Shown: piece after piece, positions 38,307 through 47,720 of the stretch
How the letters are laid out: the number at the start of each line of letters is the position of its first letter
Numbering within the stretch: position 1 is the first letter of the stretch
NCBI GenBank assembly: GCA_964462795.1
Contig: CAYWZG010000001.1
Span: forward strand, 3,197 to 67,196
Source of the DNA: an uncultured Methanotrichaceae archaeon
Lineage (GTDB): Archaea > Halobacteriota > Methanosarcinia > Methanotrichales > Methanotrichaceae
Reading direction: 5' to 3'
DNA: 64,000 nt
Translations under genes and position numbers: made by a program
Notes under the pieces: generated by a model
Seen by the model: the letters and a program-made list of their open reading frames with translations, nothing else
Databases searched by the model: none
What the model was told of the DNA's origin: nothing

Positions 38307-39007
38307 TTTCTCGCCTCTTGTTTTTCCATCAGCCTCATATCCTCTATCCGGAAATGGCCTCTGTAGTTCCCATAAGTCTTAGTGGCCCGGATAATCTGGA
38401 TCCGCTTCTTGAATATGGGGCCGTCGAGAACGAAGGTCTCAAGTTCGCCGCCTTCACCCGCAGGGTTGATATGATACCGGTTTTGGAGCTTTTCAAGCTC
38501 TTTGACCCGTCTTTCGTCGATCTTGGCCCCAACCCAGGACTCGTCAAGGGGGTAAGCGAAAACTCCTGTGATGATGACCTCAAAACCTTCAGATATCAAA
38601 AGCTTGAGATAACTCACCTGATCGATCTGCCAGATCGGGTTAAAGCACCAGAGGGCGAGATCTCGACAGATCCTCTGGACCCGAGCCGCTTGGTAAACCG
38701 ATTCAATAGCACCTGTCACGATTCCCTCGATTCCATACGTTTCCTTTGCAGCAGAGATCGCATCTTTTAGATCTTCCAATTCCTTTTCTTCTTCACCTTT
38801 GGTGGGCCAAGTGAGAAGTGGAATACCAATCGCCTCTGCCAGAAAATCGACTCGCCGGATGTTGGGTGTGTGGAACATGTAGCTATCTTCGTTTTCGGAG
38901 ACTATCGCGATCAAAGAGACGACCTCGTTTTTCTCCATCGCGCGAAAACAGGCAAATACTGAATCTTTGCCGCCGGAAAAAAGGACTCCAAGCCTCATTT
39001 CGATCAC
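38303..39007 (-). CDS. dph6: Diphthine-ammonia ligase (MJ0570/Dph6-family PP-loop ATPase)
   Basis: VLFSGGKDS PP-loop. SENEDSYMFHTPNI, HINPAGEGGELETFVLDGPIFKKRI. Confidence 0.8.
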   Translation of the reverse strand: MIEMRLGVLFSGGKDSVFACFRAMEKNEVVSLIAIVSENEDSYMFHTPNIRRVDFLAEAIGIPLLTWPTKGEEEKELEDLKDAISAAKETYGIEGIVTGAIESVYQAARVQRICRDLALWCFNPIWQIDQVSYLKLLISEGFEVIITGVFAYPLDESWVGAKIDERRVKELEKLQNRYHINPAGEGGELETFVLDGPIFKKRIQIIRATKTYGNYRGHFRIEDMRLMEKQEARK

Positions 39008-39690
39008 CGGGTAGCCAGCGGGTCCAAAGCGCCGTTAGCGCTGAACGCTTCGATCCGCTCAATACAGGTCGGGCATTTGCCGCAGGGCTTTTGGCCGCCT
39101 TCGTAGCAGCTCCAGGTAAGCTCGTAGGGCACGTTTAGCTTAAGCCCTAGCCGAACTACGTCGGATTTTTCCAATCCCTCAAACGGTGCCACTAACCTGA
39201 CCGGAGACCAAGCTGAACTTCTCTCGATCGTAATCTTTGCAGCATCGATGAACTCCGACCTGCAATCTGGATAGACCAATTGGTCATTCTTGTGAGCGCC
39301 GTAATATAGGTCGGGGATCTGATGGGCTTCGCAGTAGGTAGCTCCGACAGAGAGGAATATCAGGTTCCGTCCAGGAACCACCGTCGATGGGGACGCCTCT
39401 TTAGAATAGGGACCTTTTGGAACCTGTACAGAGTCGTCGAGAAGGCTGTGGCCGGTTCTTGATATAAGGGAGAAGATGGATGAGAGATCTACAATCCTGT
39501 GGACGATTCTTGTGCCACAATCTTCTTTTGTTCGCAGAATTACGGCCTTTGCAGCCACTAACTCTCTCTTGTGGCGCTGTCCATAATCGAAGCTCAAGGC
39601 GTGAATTTCTTCGTAATCCTCTTGGATTAGCTTGTAAAGGAGGGTAGAAGAATCAAGGCCGCCAGAGAATATCAGGGTTGCAATTTTCAT
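39004..39690 (-). CDS. queC: 7-cyano-7-deazaguanine synthase
   Basis: IFSGGLDSS PP-loop. DYGQRH. C-terminal zinc Cys cluster CYEGGQKPCGKCPTCIERIEAF. Confidence 0.9.
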   Translation of the reverse strand: MKIATLIFSGGLDSSTLLYKLIQEDYEEIHALSFDYGQRHKRELVAAKAVILRTKEDCGTRIVHRIVDLSSIFSLISRTGHSLLDDSVQVPKGPYSKEASPSTVVPGRNLIFLSVGATYCEAHQIPDLYYGAHKNDQLVYPDCRSEFIDAAKITIERSSAWSPVRLVAPFEGLEKSDVVRLGLKLNVPYELTWSCYEGGQKPCGKCPTCIERIEAFSANGALDPLATR

Positions 39691-40040
39691 ATCAACTGCC
39701 CCTCAGAAATATTGTCTCTTCTGTTTTGGTCGCGAAATATTCTTCTGATGCTATTTGGATCGTAAACATATGATCCCGCGAGGATTGGGCTAATATTTGA
39801 TAAGGCAATCGGCTGCTTTGATCAAGTCATCCAAAACTGTTGATTTGATTAGCTGAGTTAGGCAAGATTAAGTTGTACAGTTATAAGATTACTAGTATGT
39901 AGCCATTGGTCATCAGTTAAGACAAAAATCGCAATGTAGCAATGATCTTGGTAGCAAATCCGATGAGATCGACCGGATTAAAAAAGGTATATCGGACCCG
40001 TTTCCGATTTCTCAAAGATAAGAGCTTCCGTGTTGCGGAA

Positions 40041-40105
40041 GTATAATAGTCGAGAACCAATTAGATGAAACTAATTGGTTCTCGCCAGAATAGCGTTTAA
40101 CGATA
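40041..40105 (-). repeat. Partial intergenic repeat, reverse orientation (module B plus proximal arm of module A)
   Basis: TATAATAGTCGAGAACCAATTAGATGAAACTAATTGGTTCTCGCCAGAATAGCGTTTAACGATAC. Confidence 0.85.
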
Positions 40106-40351
40106 CTTAAAGAAAAAAGAGCAAATTGAATCTTTGATGATCATGGTCATCGCACTTTTGGTATTCAACTATACAAAACGAAAATTGCGTGAGAATTTAG
40201 AAAACCTACAAAAAGGCCTACAATGAAATGGCATTTCTTCCCCTTCACTGGTGTTACAAAAGTGCTCGCCAAAACACACTAATTTTGTGGATAAATAAAA
40301 ATATGCCAGGCGTTCTGCCTGGCTCATATCATAGAACAATATCGCTTCACG

Positions 40352-41011
40352 TCACTTTCTGACCAGAGATATCGTCGCAGCGGGTGACTCTATGTATGCC
40401 GTCGGGAACTCACAAGCAGATTCGACAAACGCGCCGTTTTCGTAGGCCTTTGTAACCACCAATGTGAGTGTGTGCGCGCCAAAGGTGTACGAGGTCCAGT
40501 CGATTTCAATCACTTCATCGGTTGTTCCAACCTCGGTTCCGTCAACCGACCAGATGAAGGTGAAAGCTGCCGTGGTAGTATCTTCTCCTGTGTAGATATA
40601 AGTCTTGACAGGTGAATCCTCACACACGTCAAAGTCGCCATCTACACCACAGACTGGCGGCGCCAAGACGTTCATGTACATCACGGTCTCGCCGATACAA
40701 CCCTTCCCATCAGTTACCAGCAGACGGACGTTGATGGTCTTTCCAGGTTCGATATCTTTAACCTCGAAATCAAGATCTTTATTCGTGTTCTCCGTGATTG
40801 TGGTCCCATCAACGTCAACGGTCCACAGGTAATCATACTTCACATCGCCCTCTAAGTAATCAAGCTGGATCGGTTCAGGACCTTGAAGGGTGATATTTTC
40901 ACCTGGCGCTACGTCTCCAAGGGATTCTCCTTCCTGTGCATAAACTACAGGCACTAATGCGGAAAACACAATTAGTGCCATAAAGGCGGCTATAATCCTA
41001 CATATAGACAA
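40352..41011 (-). CDS. Secreted Ig/PKD-like protein (219 aa), paralogous to the C-terminus of the 26581-28014 product
   Basis: Signal peptide. NVLAPPVCGVDGDFDVCEDSPVKTYIYTGEDTTTAAFTFIWSVDGTEVG aligns with NVLSNPFCQIEGPGSICENSHVATFYYVGEDTSMADFGFIWSIDGVVVG. Confidence 0.75.
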   Translation of the reverse strand: MSICRIIAAFMALIVFSALVPVVYAQEGESLGDVAPGENITLQGPEPIQLDYLEGDVKYDYLWTVDVDGTTITENTNKDLDFEVKDIEPGKTINVRLLVTDGKGCIGETVMYMNVLAPPVCGVDGDFDVCEDSPVKTYIYTGEDTTTAAFTFIWSVDGTEVGTTDEVIEIDWTSYTFGAHTLTLVVTKAYENGAFVESACEFPTAYIESPAATISLVRK

Positions 41012-41558
41012 TTTTCACACCCCATAACTTCATATTCCGATTGGATCTAACAGGACTATCAGCTGTAGTACTGGAAAACTCGTCGTGAGATCTCGCTGGC
41101 CATATCCAGAAGTAAAAACTAATGCGTTCCCCCATCGAGAGCGATCCCTCTTACTTGGAAATGTGTATTCCAATCTCGAATCCCTGGGATGAACATTGCC
41201 AAAGCAGCATGTCCTTTTGATCCAGACGGTGTTATGTATGTTAATCACTAATGATATATTATCATTTCGATTTACATTAATATTCATATCATTTAATTTA
41301 TTAAACATATTATGCAGATATTTTAAATCACCCTCACATATTGAATAAGATTTGATCCTGTGCTGAGCAGGATTAGGGCCCGCGAAGAAATAACCTTGTC
41401 ATATGAATGATTCGCAATTATTATACTGAATCCGCTTCATATCGGTTTCGTATAATGGCCGTACACGATTATGTGCAAGTTATTTCTCTACGAGCCCTAA
41501 GGGAAAAAATTATATGTTATCATAAGTATTATGAGGGTTACAGGAGCTACATATCAAT

Positions 41559-41664
41559 ATATAATCGAGAACCAATTAGAAACTAATTGGTTCTCACCAG
41601 AATAGTGCTATAACGATACGAATAGGTCAGATCTCAAACTCTTACGTTTTTGATATTTGTCCTA
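41559..41664 (-). repeat. Intergenic repeat, reverse orientation, distal arm of module A truncated
   Basis: TATAATCGAGAACCAATTAGAAACTAATTGGTTCTCACCAGAATAGTGCTATAACGATACGAATAGGTCAGATCTCAAACTCTTACG... Confidence 0.85.
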
Positions 41665-41735
41665 CCCGTGCCATCGAACGGTTCTTGACCGTAGTTTCTG
41701 CAGATAGATTCGTAAGGCAAGAAGGCGTTACATAT

Positions 41736-42653
41736 ATGATACATAAAAAATTATTATTTATAGGATTCGTGATATGCATTGTACCTTTGATCCTTTCCGG
41801 TGGTGTGTTAGGATCGAACGAATCAGTTGTCCTTAACGTTATGATAGATGCCGAGCTTTGTCCATGGGACTTGAACGTGACCCCTGAAGAAAAGGTAGGG
41901 ATAGAAGCAAGGTCTTTGATAGATATGCTCAACAAGATTGATCCCGACGAGCTGAACGTCACAATTTATTCTACAAGCGATTTCGTCTCAGCAAGAAGCG
42001 CAAACGCATCTTACAAGCTCTATGCAACCAGGATAGGTGCCAAAGATAACCACGAGATGGCATTCCATGGAATGACCACTGACGAGCTTCTCGGAACTAT
42101 GACCTATGGTGTGCAGTATCCGCTCCTCATAAAAGCAAAACGGCTCGTCGAAGAGGCCTACATATGCGAGGGCAGGAAGATAGAAGCAAAGGGCTTTAGG
42201 CCTCAGCGATTCAATCAGAGTAAGACCACCTACAAAATCCTTGACAAGATGGGCTTTGAATACGATTCAGGGTATCAGGCAGGTCTGATCTACCTTCCAG
42301 ACCACAAGAACGATACCTGGCCCTACCCAATGGAAGGATATGGATTCTATGCAGTTCCTGTGAGCACTCATGAATTCTCTGATGAGCTGGTACCCATATC
42401 CGACCGGTTCGCAAAAGAGGAGCTTGGAATCAACGGATCTCAGTGGTACGACCTTCTCATTGCAGAGTTTGAGGAGTGTTCCAGAAAAGGCGATCCCATG
42501 GTGGTTATATTTCACAATTTCGTATACGGAACCGACGAAGAGTACCAGAACGCGTATACAGAATTCGTAAATTATGCCATCTCAAAAGGGGCTGACTTTG
42601 TCTCAACCATGAAGCTTGTCGAAATAATGAAAACCGAAAACGAAGCGTCCTAA
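41736..42653 (+). CDS. Secreted polysaccharide-deacetylase-like protein, stand-alone paralogue of the C-terminal domain of the 1977-aa protein
   Basis: I moved the start to MIHKKLLFIGFVICIVPLILSGG (signal peptide). The motifs HEMAFHG, KGFRPQRF...GFEYDSGY and VVIFHNF are present. An 86-aa block is identical to the giant protein. Confidence 0.8.
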   Translation: MIHKKLLFIGFVICIVPLILSGGVLGSNESVVLNVMIDAELCPWDLNVTPEEKVGIEARSLIDMLNKIDPDELNVTIYSTSDFVSARSANASYKLYATRIGAKDNHEMAFHGMTTDELLGTMTYGVQYPLLIKAKRLVEEAYICEGRKIEAKGFRPQRFNQSKTTYKILDKMGFEYDSGYQAGLIYLPDHKNDTWPYPMEGYGFYAVPVSTHEFSDELVPISDRFAKEELGINGSQWYDLLIAEFEECSRKGDPMVVIFHNFVYGTDEEYQNAYTEFVNYAISKGADFVSTMKLVEIMKTENEAS

Positions 42654-42664
42654 TCCCTAAACGC

Positions 42665-42943
42665 TTATTTTTTTGATCCACCCCAAAGCGGGTCGTCACC
42701 AAACCGCTCCTGCCACCATCTGCCGTAATCGGACTTGCCTGCTGTTCTCACCGTTTTGTCCTCGAAGGAATACTCGTAATTTTCACAATATTTGAGAATA
42801 ATCTCGTAGGCCCGATTCACTTTCTGCATCATCTCTTCACATCTCTTCACATCTTCGGTGCTGGTGTCAGGATGCCACCTGACCGAGAGATTTTTGTAAA
42901 TGTTCTTGATTTGTTTCATGTTGGCTCTTGGAGGTAGCCCCAA
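42665..42943 (-). CDS. Small J-domain protein
   Basis: KQIKNIYKNLSVRWHPDTS has the HPD tripeptide in J-domain helix II/III context. 92 aa with no further domains. Confidence 0.6.
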   Translation of the reverse strand: MGLPPRANMKQIKNIYKNLSVRWHPDTSTEDVKRCEEMMQKVNRAYEIILKYCENYEYSFEDKTVRTAGKSDYGRWWQERFGDDPLWGGSKK

Positions 42944-42986
42944 AAATTCGACAGCCCATTTGAGGTCTTCTGATCCATTGCCCTTT

Positions 42987-43424
42987 TTAGACGTCGATCG
43001 TCACCCCGAAAACCTTCTCGAACTTCTCGAACTTGGACCTGGCTCGGTAGAGGTTCTGACGAGTGTAAGGCTCGCCTTTCTCGCAAGCGATCATGTCTCG
43101 GATCTCTGCGGGAGTGAAGACGGCCTCAAGCTGTTCTCGCGAAAGGGAGGATATGCCAGCCATCTTAGAAAATGGCTCGACTTCCTCAAGCTCAAAATCC
43201 CCGAGCCAACACCAAGAAGAGTCATACCGGATCAAGACCTTCTTGCGACAATCGCGACATTGGGCCGTGACCATCCACTCGTCTTGGGTTCGGTAATAAG
43301 CAAGGCTCATGAGTTCGCCCTCGCAATTTTGGCAAAATCCCACCATGCACTCATCAACGCGGACTGGCTCTAGCCGCGTGTCATCAAAAGAGAGGAAATG
43401 GCCCCCCTTTTCGATCTTGTACAT
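42987..43424 (-). CDS. Hypothetical Cys4 zinc-ribbon protein (145 aa)
   Basis: CQNC...(21 aa)...CRDC motif. Same strand as the J-domain gene and 43 nt upstream of it. Confidence 0.5.
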   Translation of the reverse strand: MYKIEKGGHFLSFDDTRLEPVRVDECMVGFCQNCEGELMSLAYYRTQDEWMVTAQCRDCRKKVLIRYDSSWCWLGDFELEEVEPFSKMAGISSLSREQLEAVFTPAEIRDMIACEKGEPYTRQNLYRARSKFEKFEKVFGVTIDV

Positions 43425-43427
43425 CTT

Positions 43428-44216
43428 CTAGATTTGACCTTTCTGGCCCAGTACCTGAGCCATGCTGTATACCCCAGGCGACGCTCCGACTACCCATCCT
43501 GCTGCCCTCACCGCGCCGCTGCTGAAAGCCCGCCTGCTGTGAGCTTGATGCCTTATCTCAAGCCGTTCACCAGGTCCTGCAAATAGGACCGTGTGATCGC
43601 CCACGATATCTCCTGCTCTGATGGCATGTACCCCGATCTCATGTCCACGAAGACCTTGGCCCTCTCTTCCATGAACGACATTCTCGATCTTCATAGCTTC
43701 GGCGAGAACTTCCACGGTTTTCGAAGCAGTCCCACTGGGGGCGTCTATCTTCCCTTTGTGATGGGCTTCAATCACTTCAACGTCGTAATCATAGTCCTGA
43801 AGTGCAAGGCCTGCAGCTTCGATCAGGCTCCAAAAGAGGTTCACGCCCACGCTGAAGTTGGGTGAGATGACCGCAGCCACATTTCCTTCTATAGCCTGAA
43901 CCATCTCGGCCTTTTGATCCTTTGAGAGACCCGTAGTCCCGACCACGAGGTTTACGCCCTTTTCTGCTGCAATCTTTGTGTTCTCGATTGCTGCAGAGGC
44001 GGTGGTAAACTCGATCAGAACGTCGGGCTTTGTCTCATCCAAGACTTTGGCAAGATCAGATGCATGAGAAACGATAACGTTTCCACCCAGAAAGGACCCT
44101 ACATCCACGAGATCAAAACCCGCAACCAGATCCATGCCCTCTGAGTTTTGGACGTCCTCAGCCAAGAGCTGGCCCATCCGACCTTTGGCCCCGGTGATCG
44201 CCACTTTTATAGTCAT
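43428..44216 (-). CDS. dapB: 4-hydroxy-tetrahydrodipicolinate reductase
   Basis: ITGAKGRMGQ NAD(P) fold. EAHHKGKIDAPSGTA signature. Confidence 0.9.
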   Translation of the reverse strand: MTIKVAITGAKGRMGQLLAEDVQNSEGMDLVAGFDLVDVGSFLGGNVIVSHASDLAKVLDETKPDVLIEFTTASAAIENTKIAAEKGVNLVVGTTGLSKDQKAEMVQAIEGNVAAVISPNFSVGVNLFWSLIEAAGLALQDYDYDVEVIEAHHKGKIDAPSGTASKTVEVLAEAMKIENVVHGREGQGLRGHEIGVHAIRAGDIVGDHTVLFAGPGERLEIRHQAHSRRAFSSGAVRAAGWVVGASPGVYSMAQVLGQKGQI

Positions 44217-45094
44217 CTAAACTCGCCCAAACCGTCCAAAACGTCTTTCAGCTTCTTTTCATTTTCCTCAGACATGGGCGCCAGAGGCAGCCTCAAAGGT
44301 CCATCTGCAAGGCCGATCATCCCGCAAGCAGTCTTGACAGGTATCGGGTTCGTCTCGAGGAAAAGAGCTCTCATCAGAGGGGAAAGCTGGAAGTGAATCC
44401 TCTTTGCTTCCTCCAAATCGCCCTTCAACATGGCATCTATCATGGCCACCGTCTTTCTTGGAGCCACGTTGGCAACCACAGAAATCACTCCAACGCCACC
44501 AAGAGCCATTATCGGCAAGGTCAGGCCATCATCTCCTGAGATCACCTCGAACGCCTCGTCCTGGGTCATTTCGATTATCTGAGAGACTTGGCTTAAGTTG
44601 CCGCTGGCCTCCTTGATCCCTATGATGGAATCCATCTTGGCAAGCTTTGCCACTATTTCTGGCTCGAGGTTCGTGCCAGTTCTCGAAGGGACGTTGTACA
44701 GTACTAAAGGCAGATCGCAGCTTTCAGCCACGGTCTTATAATGGGCCACCATTCCACGGTCGTTGGGCCGGTTGTAGTAGGGTGTAATCAACAAGGCAGC
44801 ATCTGCACCCACGTCTGCCGCGTGTTTGGTCAGCTCCACCGCTTCGTGAGTGTTGTTAGAGCCAGTTCCAGCTATGACCTTCAATTTTGTTGCACAATCT
44901 ACAGCGATGTCCACTACAGTCTTGTGCTCTTCAAAGGACATGGTGGCAGATTCACCAGTCGTGCCACAAGGAACTATTCCTAAGGCGCCTGCCTCTTCGA
45001 GATACTCGATATTTCCCCGAAAACCCTCTTCATCCAGCTCGCCGTTTTCTTTGAAGGGTGTAATGATGGCAACGATTACACCTTCAAACATCAA
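44213..45094 (-). CDS. dapA: 4-hydroxy-tetrahydrodipicolinate synthase
   Basis: GTTGESATMSFEEH and YNVPSRTG motifs. 4-bp overlap with dapB. Confidence 0.9.
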   Translation of the reverse strand: MMFEGVIVAIITPFKENGELDEEGFRGNIEYLEEAGALGIVPCGTTGESATMSFEEHKTVVDIAVDCATKLKVIAGTGSNNTHEAVELTKHAADVGADAALLITPYYNRPNDRGMVAHYKTVAESCDLPLVLYNVPSRTGTNLEPEIVAKLAKMDSIIGIKEASGNLSQVSQIIEMTQDEAFEVISGDDGLTLPIMALGGVGVISVVANVAPRKTVAMIDAMLKGDLEEAKRIHFQLSPLMRALFLETNPIPVKTACGMIGLADGPLRLPLAPMSEENEKKLKDVLDGLGEFR

Positions 45095-45096
45095 TT

Positions 45097-45285
45097 CTAC
45101 GCCCCTTTTCTCATTTTGCGAGTAACGTAACCAGCAATTCGGTTTCTGATATCCTTGTTCTGGATATCGGTGTACTCATTAACTTTATGCTTATTGTACT
45201 CGAAATCGTGAATGAAGGAACCCTCATAAGTCTTCATCAATTCTTTTGCAAAATTCTTAATATAGCTTGGCTTTACACTTCCCAT
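45097..45285 (-). CDS. rps17e: Ribosomal protein S17e
   Basis: MGSVKPSYIKNFAKELMKTYEGSF...RNRIAGYVTRKMR. Start placed at the MGSV Met. Confidence 0.85.
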   Translation of the reverse strand: MGSVKPSYIKNFAKELMKTYEGSFIHDFEYNKHKVNEYTDIQNKDIRNRIAGYVTRKMRKGA

Positions 45286-45348
45286 AGCAGACACTCCTGA
45301 TAAAGAACCGCAATATAAACGCGCCTAACTTTGATTTATAGGTTCCTA

Positions 45349-46683
45349 TCAGATCTGGTGACGCTGCCTTGCCATATCCAAAGCAAGGCCTGCAACTTTC
45401 TTGGCGTCTGAGCCCAGTATTCTCACCATGGGTTCCTTTCTGGGGCCACCCTTATCCCATATGATGTCGGGAACTTTGCCACAATCAGAGATCGCTCGGC
45501 TCGTTCCCCAGCTCATAGTGTGCGACCCAGATGGTTCGTCTGATCTATCAAAAGAGGCTACCTGAAGACCCATTTTTGAGCATACGTCCAAGAGATCTTG
45601 GCTCAATTTCACGTTCATTGCAGCATGCATCTTTGGATCGAAGCTCATGGCCGCAAGAATTATCCTTGCGACGTGGCCGCTGGCCCCAAAACGGACGCAT
45701 CCAGAGGCATGAACCCTTTTTCCGGACTTGACGAGCCTTCCTTCCACCGCGGCGATGTCTTCGAGTTTGGTTGCGCCATCGATTGCCATGCCCACATTGG
45801 ACCCAACTTCTGGGATCAAGTGGCGAAAAAGGGGATCTGCCACCAGCATCTCCAACGCCTCGTTCACCTGAACATAGGTTCGGTACCGGCTCGCCTCTTC
45901 GAGAACTTCGCCCAACTGGTTCACGGGTGAAGGGCCACGTCCCAAGTCGCGACTTTTCAGAATCGAGGCAGCCGCGAACATTTTAGCGTCATGAGCGGCA
46001 TCGAAGAACGCTGAACCCTTCGCAAGGTATGCTGTGATCGCTGCAGAATAGGTGCAGCCCACACCATGGTTTCCACCTTCCTCGATCTTGCCAGGTATGA
46101 TACGAACGTCACCCGTTTTCGCGAGAAGGTCAGCCCCTTTCAAGTGACCTCCTGTGATTATTGCCGCCTCTGCGCCGAGCTTCAAGATGTGCTCTGCCGC
46201 TACTTTTGCGGTTTTCTCATCGTTGACTTTGATCCCGGTCAGAACTTCCGCCTCGAATATGTTAGGGGTGACGACACTTGCAAGCGGCATGAGCCTTTTG
46301 CGGAGCACTTCGACGGCGTCTGAATCCAAAAGCTTGCCACCAGCCTCAGCTTCCATCACTGGGTCTAATACGAGGGATATGTCCCGATCTCTAACCCAGT
46401 CTGCCACCACAGAGGTCGTCTTGGCAGAATAAAGCATCCCGGTCTTGGCGCACTTGATCTTGAAGTCTTCAGCCAAAGCCTCAAGCTGCTGGGATACTGC
46501 CTCTGGCGAAAGTCCGAAGACGTTTTTCACGCCAGAGGTGTTCTGGGCCGTAACTGCAGTTATCGCAGAGGTGCCGTGAACGCCCAGTGCCGCAAAGGTC
46601 TTGAGATCTGCTTGGATCCCGGCACCCCCAGAAGAGTCGGACCCACCTATGGTTAGAACGACAGGATACGTGTAGCTCGACAT
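45349..46683 (-). CDS. thiDN: Bifunctional ThiD (HMP/HMP-P kinase) and ThiN (thiamine-phosphate synthase) protein
   Basis: [17 protein letters not shown] in the ThiD N-terminal half, plus a ThiN-type C-terminal half of about 180 aa. The ATG at 46683 is preceded by GTGAGG. Confidence 0.8.
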   Translation of the reverse strand: MSSYTYPVVLTIGGSDSSGGAGIQADLKTFAALGVHGTSAITAVTAQNTSGVKNVFGLSPEAVSQQLEALAEDFKIKCAKTGMLYSAKTTSVVADWVRDRDISLVLDPVMEAEAGGKLLDSDAVEVLRKRLMPLASVVTPNIFEAEVLTGIKVNDEKTAKVAAEHILKLGAEAAIITGGHLKGADLLAKTGDVRIIPGKIEEGGNHGVGCTYSAAITAYLAKGSAFFDAAHDAKMFAAASILKSRDLGRGPSPVNQLGEVLEEASRYRTYVQVNEALEMLVADPLFRHLIPEVGSNVGMAIDGATKLEDIAAVEGRLVKSGKRVHASGCVRFGASGHVARIILAAMSFDPKMHAAMNVKLSQDLLDVCSKMGLQVASFDRSDEPSGSHTMSWGTSRAISDCGKVPDIIWDKGGPRKEPMVRILGSDAKKVAGLALDMARQRHQI

Positions 46684-46692
46684 TATCCTCAC

Positions 46693-47250
46693 TTAGCGAC
46701 CTTGTACCTTTGATTTTGCTTCCTTGACAAGTTCCTCGGAAAGCTTGTACTTTTGTGCAAGCTTGAGAGCTTTGTTGTAGAGGCCAGAATCCATGTGTTT
46801 CCTGAAAGCTGCCTCTGCAGCCTCCTTCTTCATGCCCTCAGGAAGATCGAACTGATCTGCGATATCGGCTGCGTTTTTCATCAGCCCAAAATCCATGCTC
46901 TTTTCGTAGGCCTGGATGGCTGCATTTTGGATCATGTCTTGGGATAAGCAAAACTGTTTAGCGTATTCTGCAGCAGCCTTGTGATGCCCGCCGTCGACTT
47001 TCCTCTGGAAAGACTTGACTGCGGCATTTTTGATCAGATTTTCTGGCAGGCTGTAAAGCTTAGCCAGCTCCGCTGCTACAGAGTATTCGCCCAGGTTCAT
47101 GTTCTGTTCATACGCGTTCGTGACCGCGTCCTGGAGCATATCTCTTGGAAGGCTGTACTCTTCCTTGATCTTCGCCGCCTCTTTGTACTTCCCTTGCGAC
47201 ATCTTCAGCTCAAACTGCCTGGCGCCCTTAACTAGAGTATCTTCTGCCAT
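46693..47250 (-). CDS. Helical repeat protein (5 x about 34-aa repeats), function unknown
   Basis: The repeats are KEEYSLPRDMLQDAVTNAYEQNM, AKLYSLPENLIKNAAVKSFQRKV, AKQFCLSQDMIQNAAIQAYEKSM, ADQFDLPEGMKKEAAEAAFRKHM and AQKYKLSEELVKEAKSKV. The stop abuts thiDN. Confidence 0.6.
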   Translation of the reverse strand: MAEDTLVKGARQFELKMSQGKYKEAAKIKEEYSLPRDMLQDAVTNAYEQNMNLGEYSVAAELAKLYSLPENLIKNAAVKSFQRKVDGGHHKAAAEYAKQFCLSQDMIQNAAIQAYEKSMDFGLMKNAADIADQFDLPEGMKKEAAEAAFRKHMDSGLYNKALKLAQKYKLSEELVKEAKSKVQGR

Positions 47251-47306
47251 TTATCAACAACCCCATGAGAATAACAAGTCTCCCAGGATATAAAATCTAT
47301 ATCAGG

Positions 47307-47720
47307 TCATCGAAGCGAGACGACGAAAGCATATTGGCTCGCCGTAGGGAGCTTTCTTCTCAAATCTCGAACATCCGGCAGATAGATTATCACGAACTTA
47401 TCATCGCTTCGATCAATGTTCAAGAGCTTTCTTACGAGTTCGCATTCGGCAGGGCCTTGTATCCGGGCCGATCCGCTCCCGTAGTGGGGAGACATCTCTA
47501 TGAGTATGGGAAGCCTCAGCTGATCCCACATGTATCTAGGAAGGGCGTTACAGACCAGGTCTAGTTCGGATTTGTCAATTATGTAAAAGGTGTTATCCTT
47601 ACCTCTGACACCGGGCTTTTCTTCCTTGAGAAGATCGGTCAGCTTCCTTCTTTTTCCTGGAAGATGCTGGTTCATGGTCTGAACCGTCTTGATAATCATC
47701 TTATTGTCTACGACAACCAT
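47307..47720 (-). CDS. UPF0216 (DUF61) family archaeal protein
   Basis: MNQHLPGKRRKLTDLLKEEKP...LPILIEMS pattern typical of UPF0216. Family call from memory. Confidence 0.55.
   Translation of the reverse strand: MVVVDNKMIIKTVQTMNQHLPGKRRKLTDLLKEEKPGVRGKDNTFYIIDKSELDLVCNALPRYMWDQLRLPILIEMSPHYGSGSARIQGPAECELVRKLLNIDRSDDKFVIIYLPDVRDLRRKLPTASQYAFVVSLR

Noticed and set aside
41030-41308. 92-aa minus-strand ORF in the AT-rich divergent region
   Set aside because: It lies in a very AT-rich promoter-like stretch. Its translation is Asn/Ile-rich low complexity with no start context, so it is probably non-coding.
41685-41735. Upstream start (41685) for the deacetylase-like gene
   Set aside because: The first 17 codons overlap the end of a repeat element and precede the signal peptide. 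The ATG at 41736 gives a normal secretory N-terminus.
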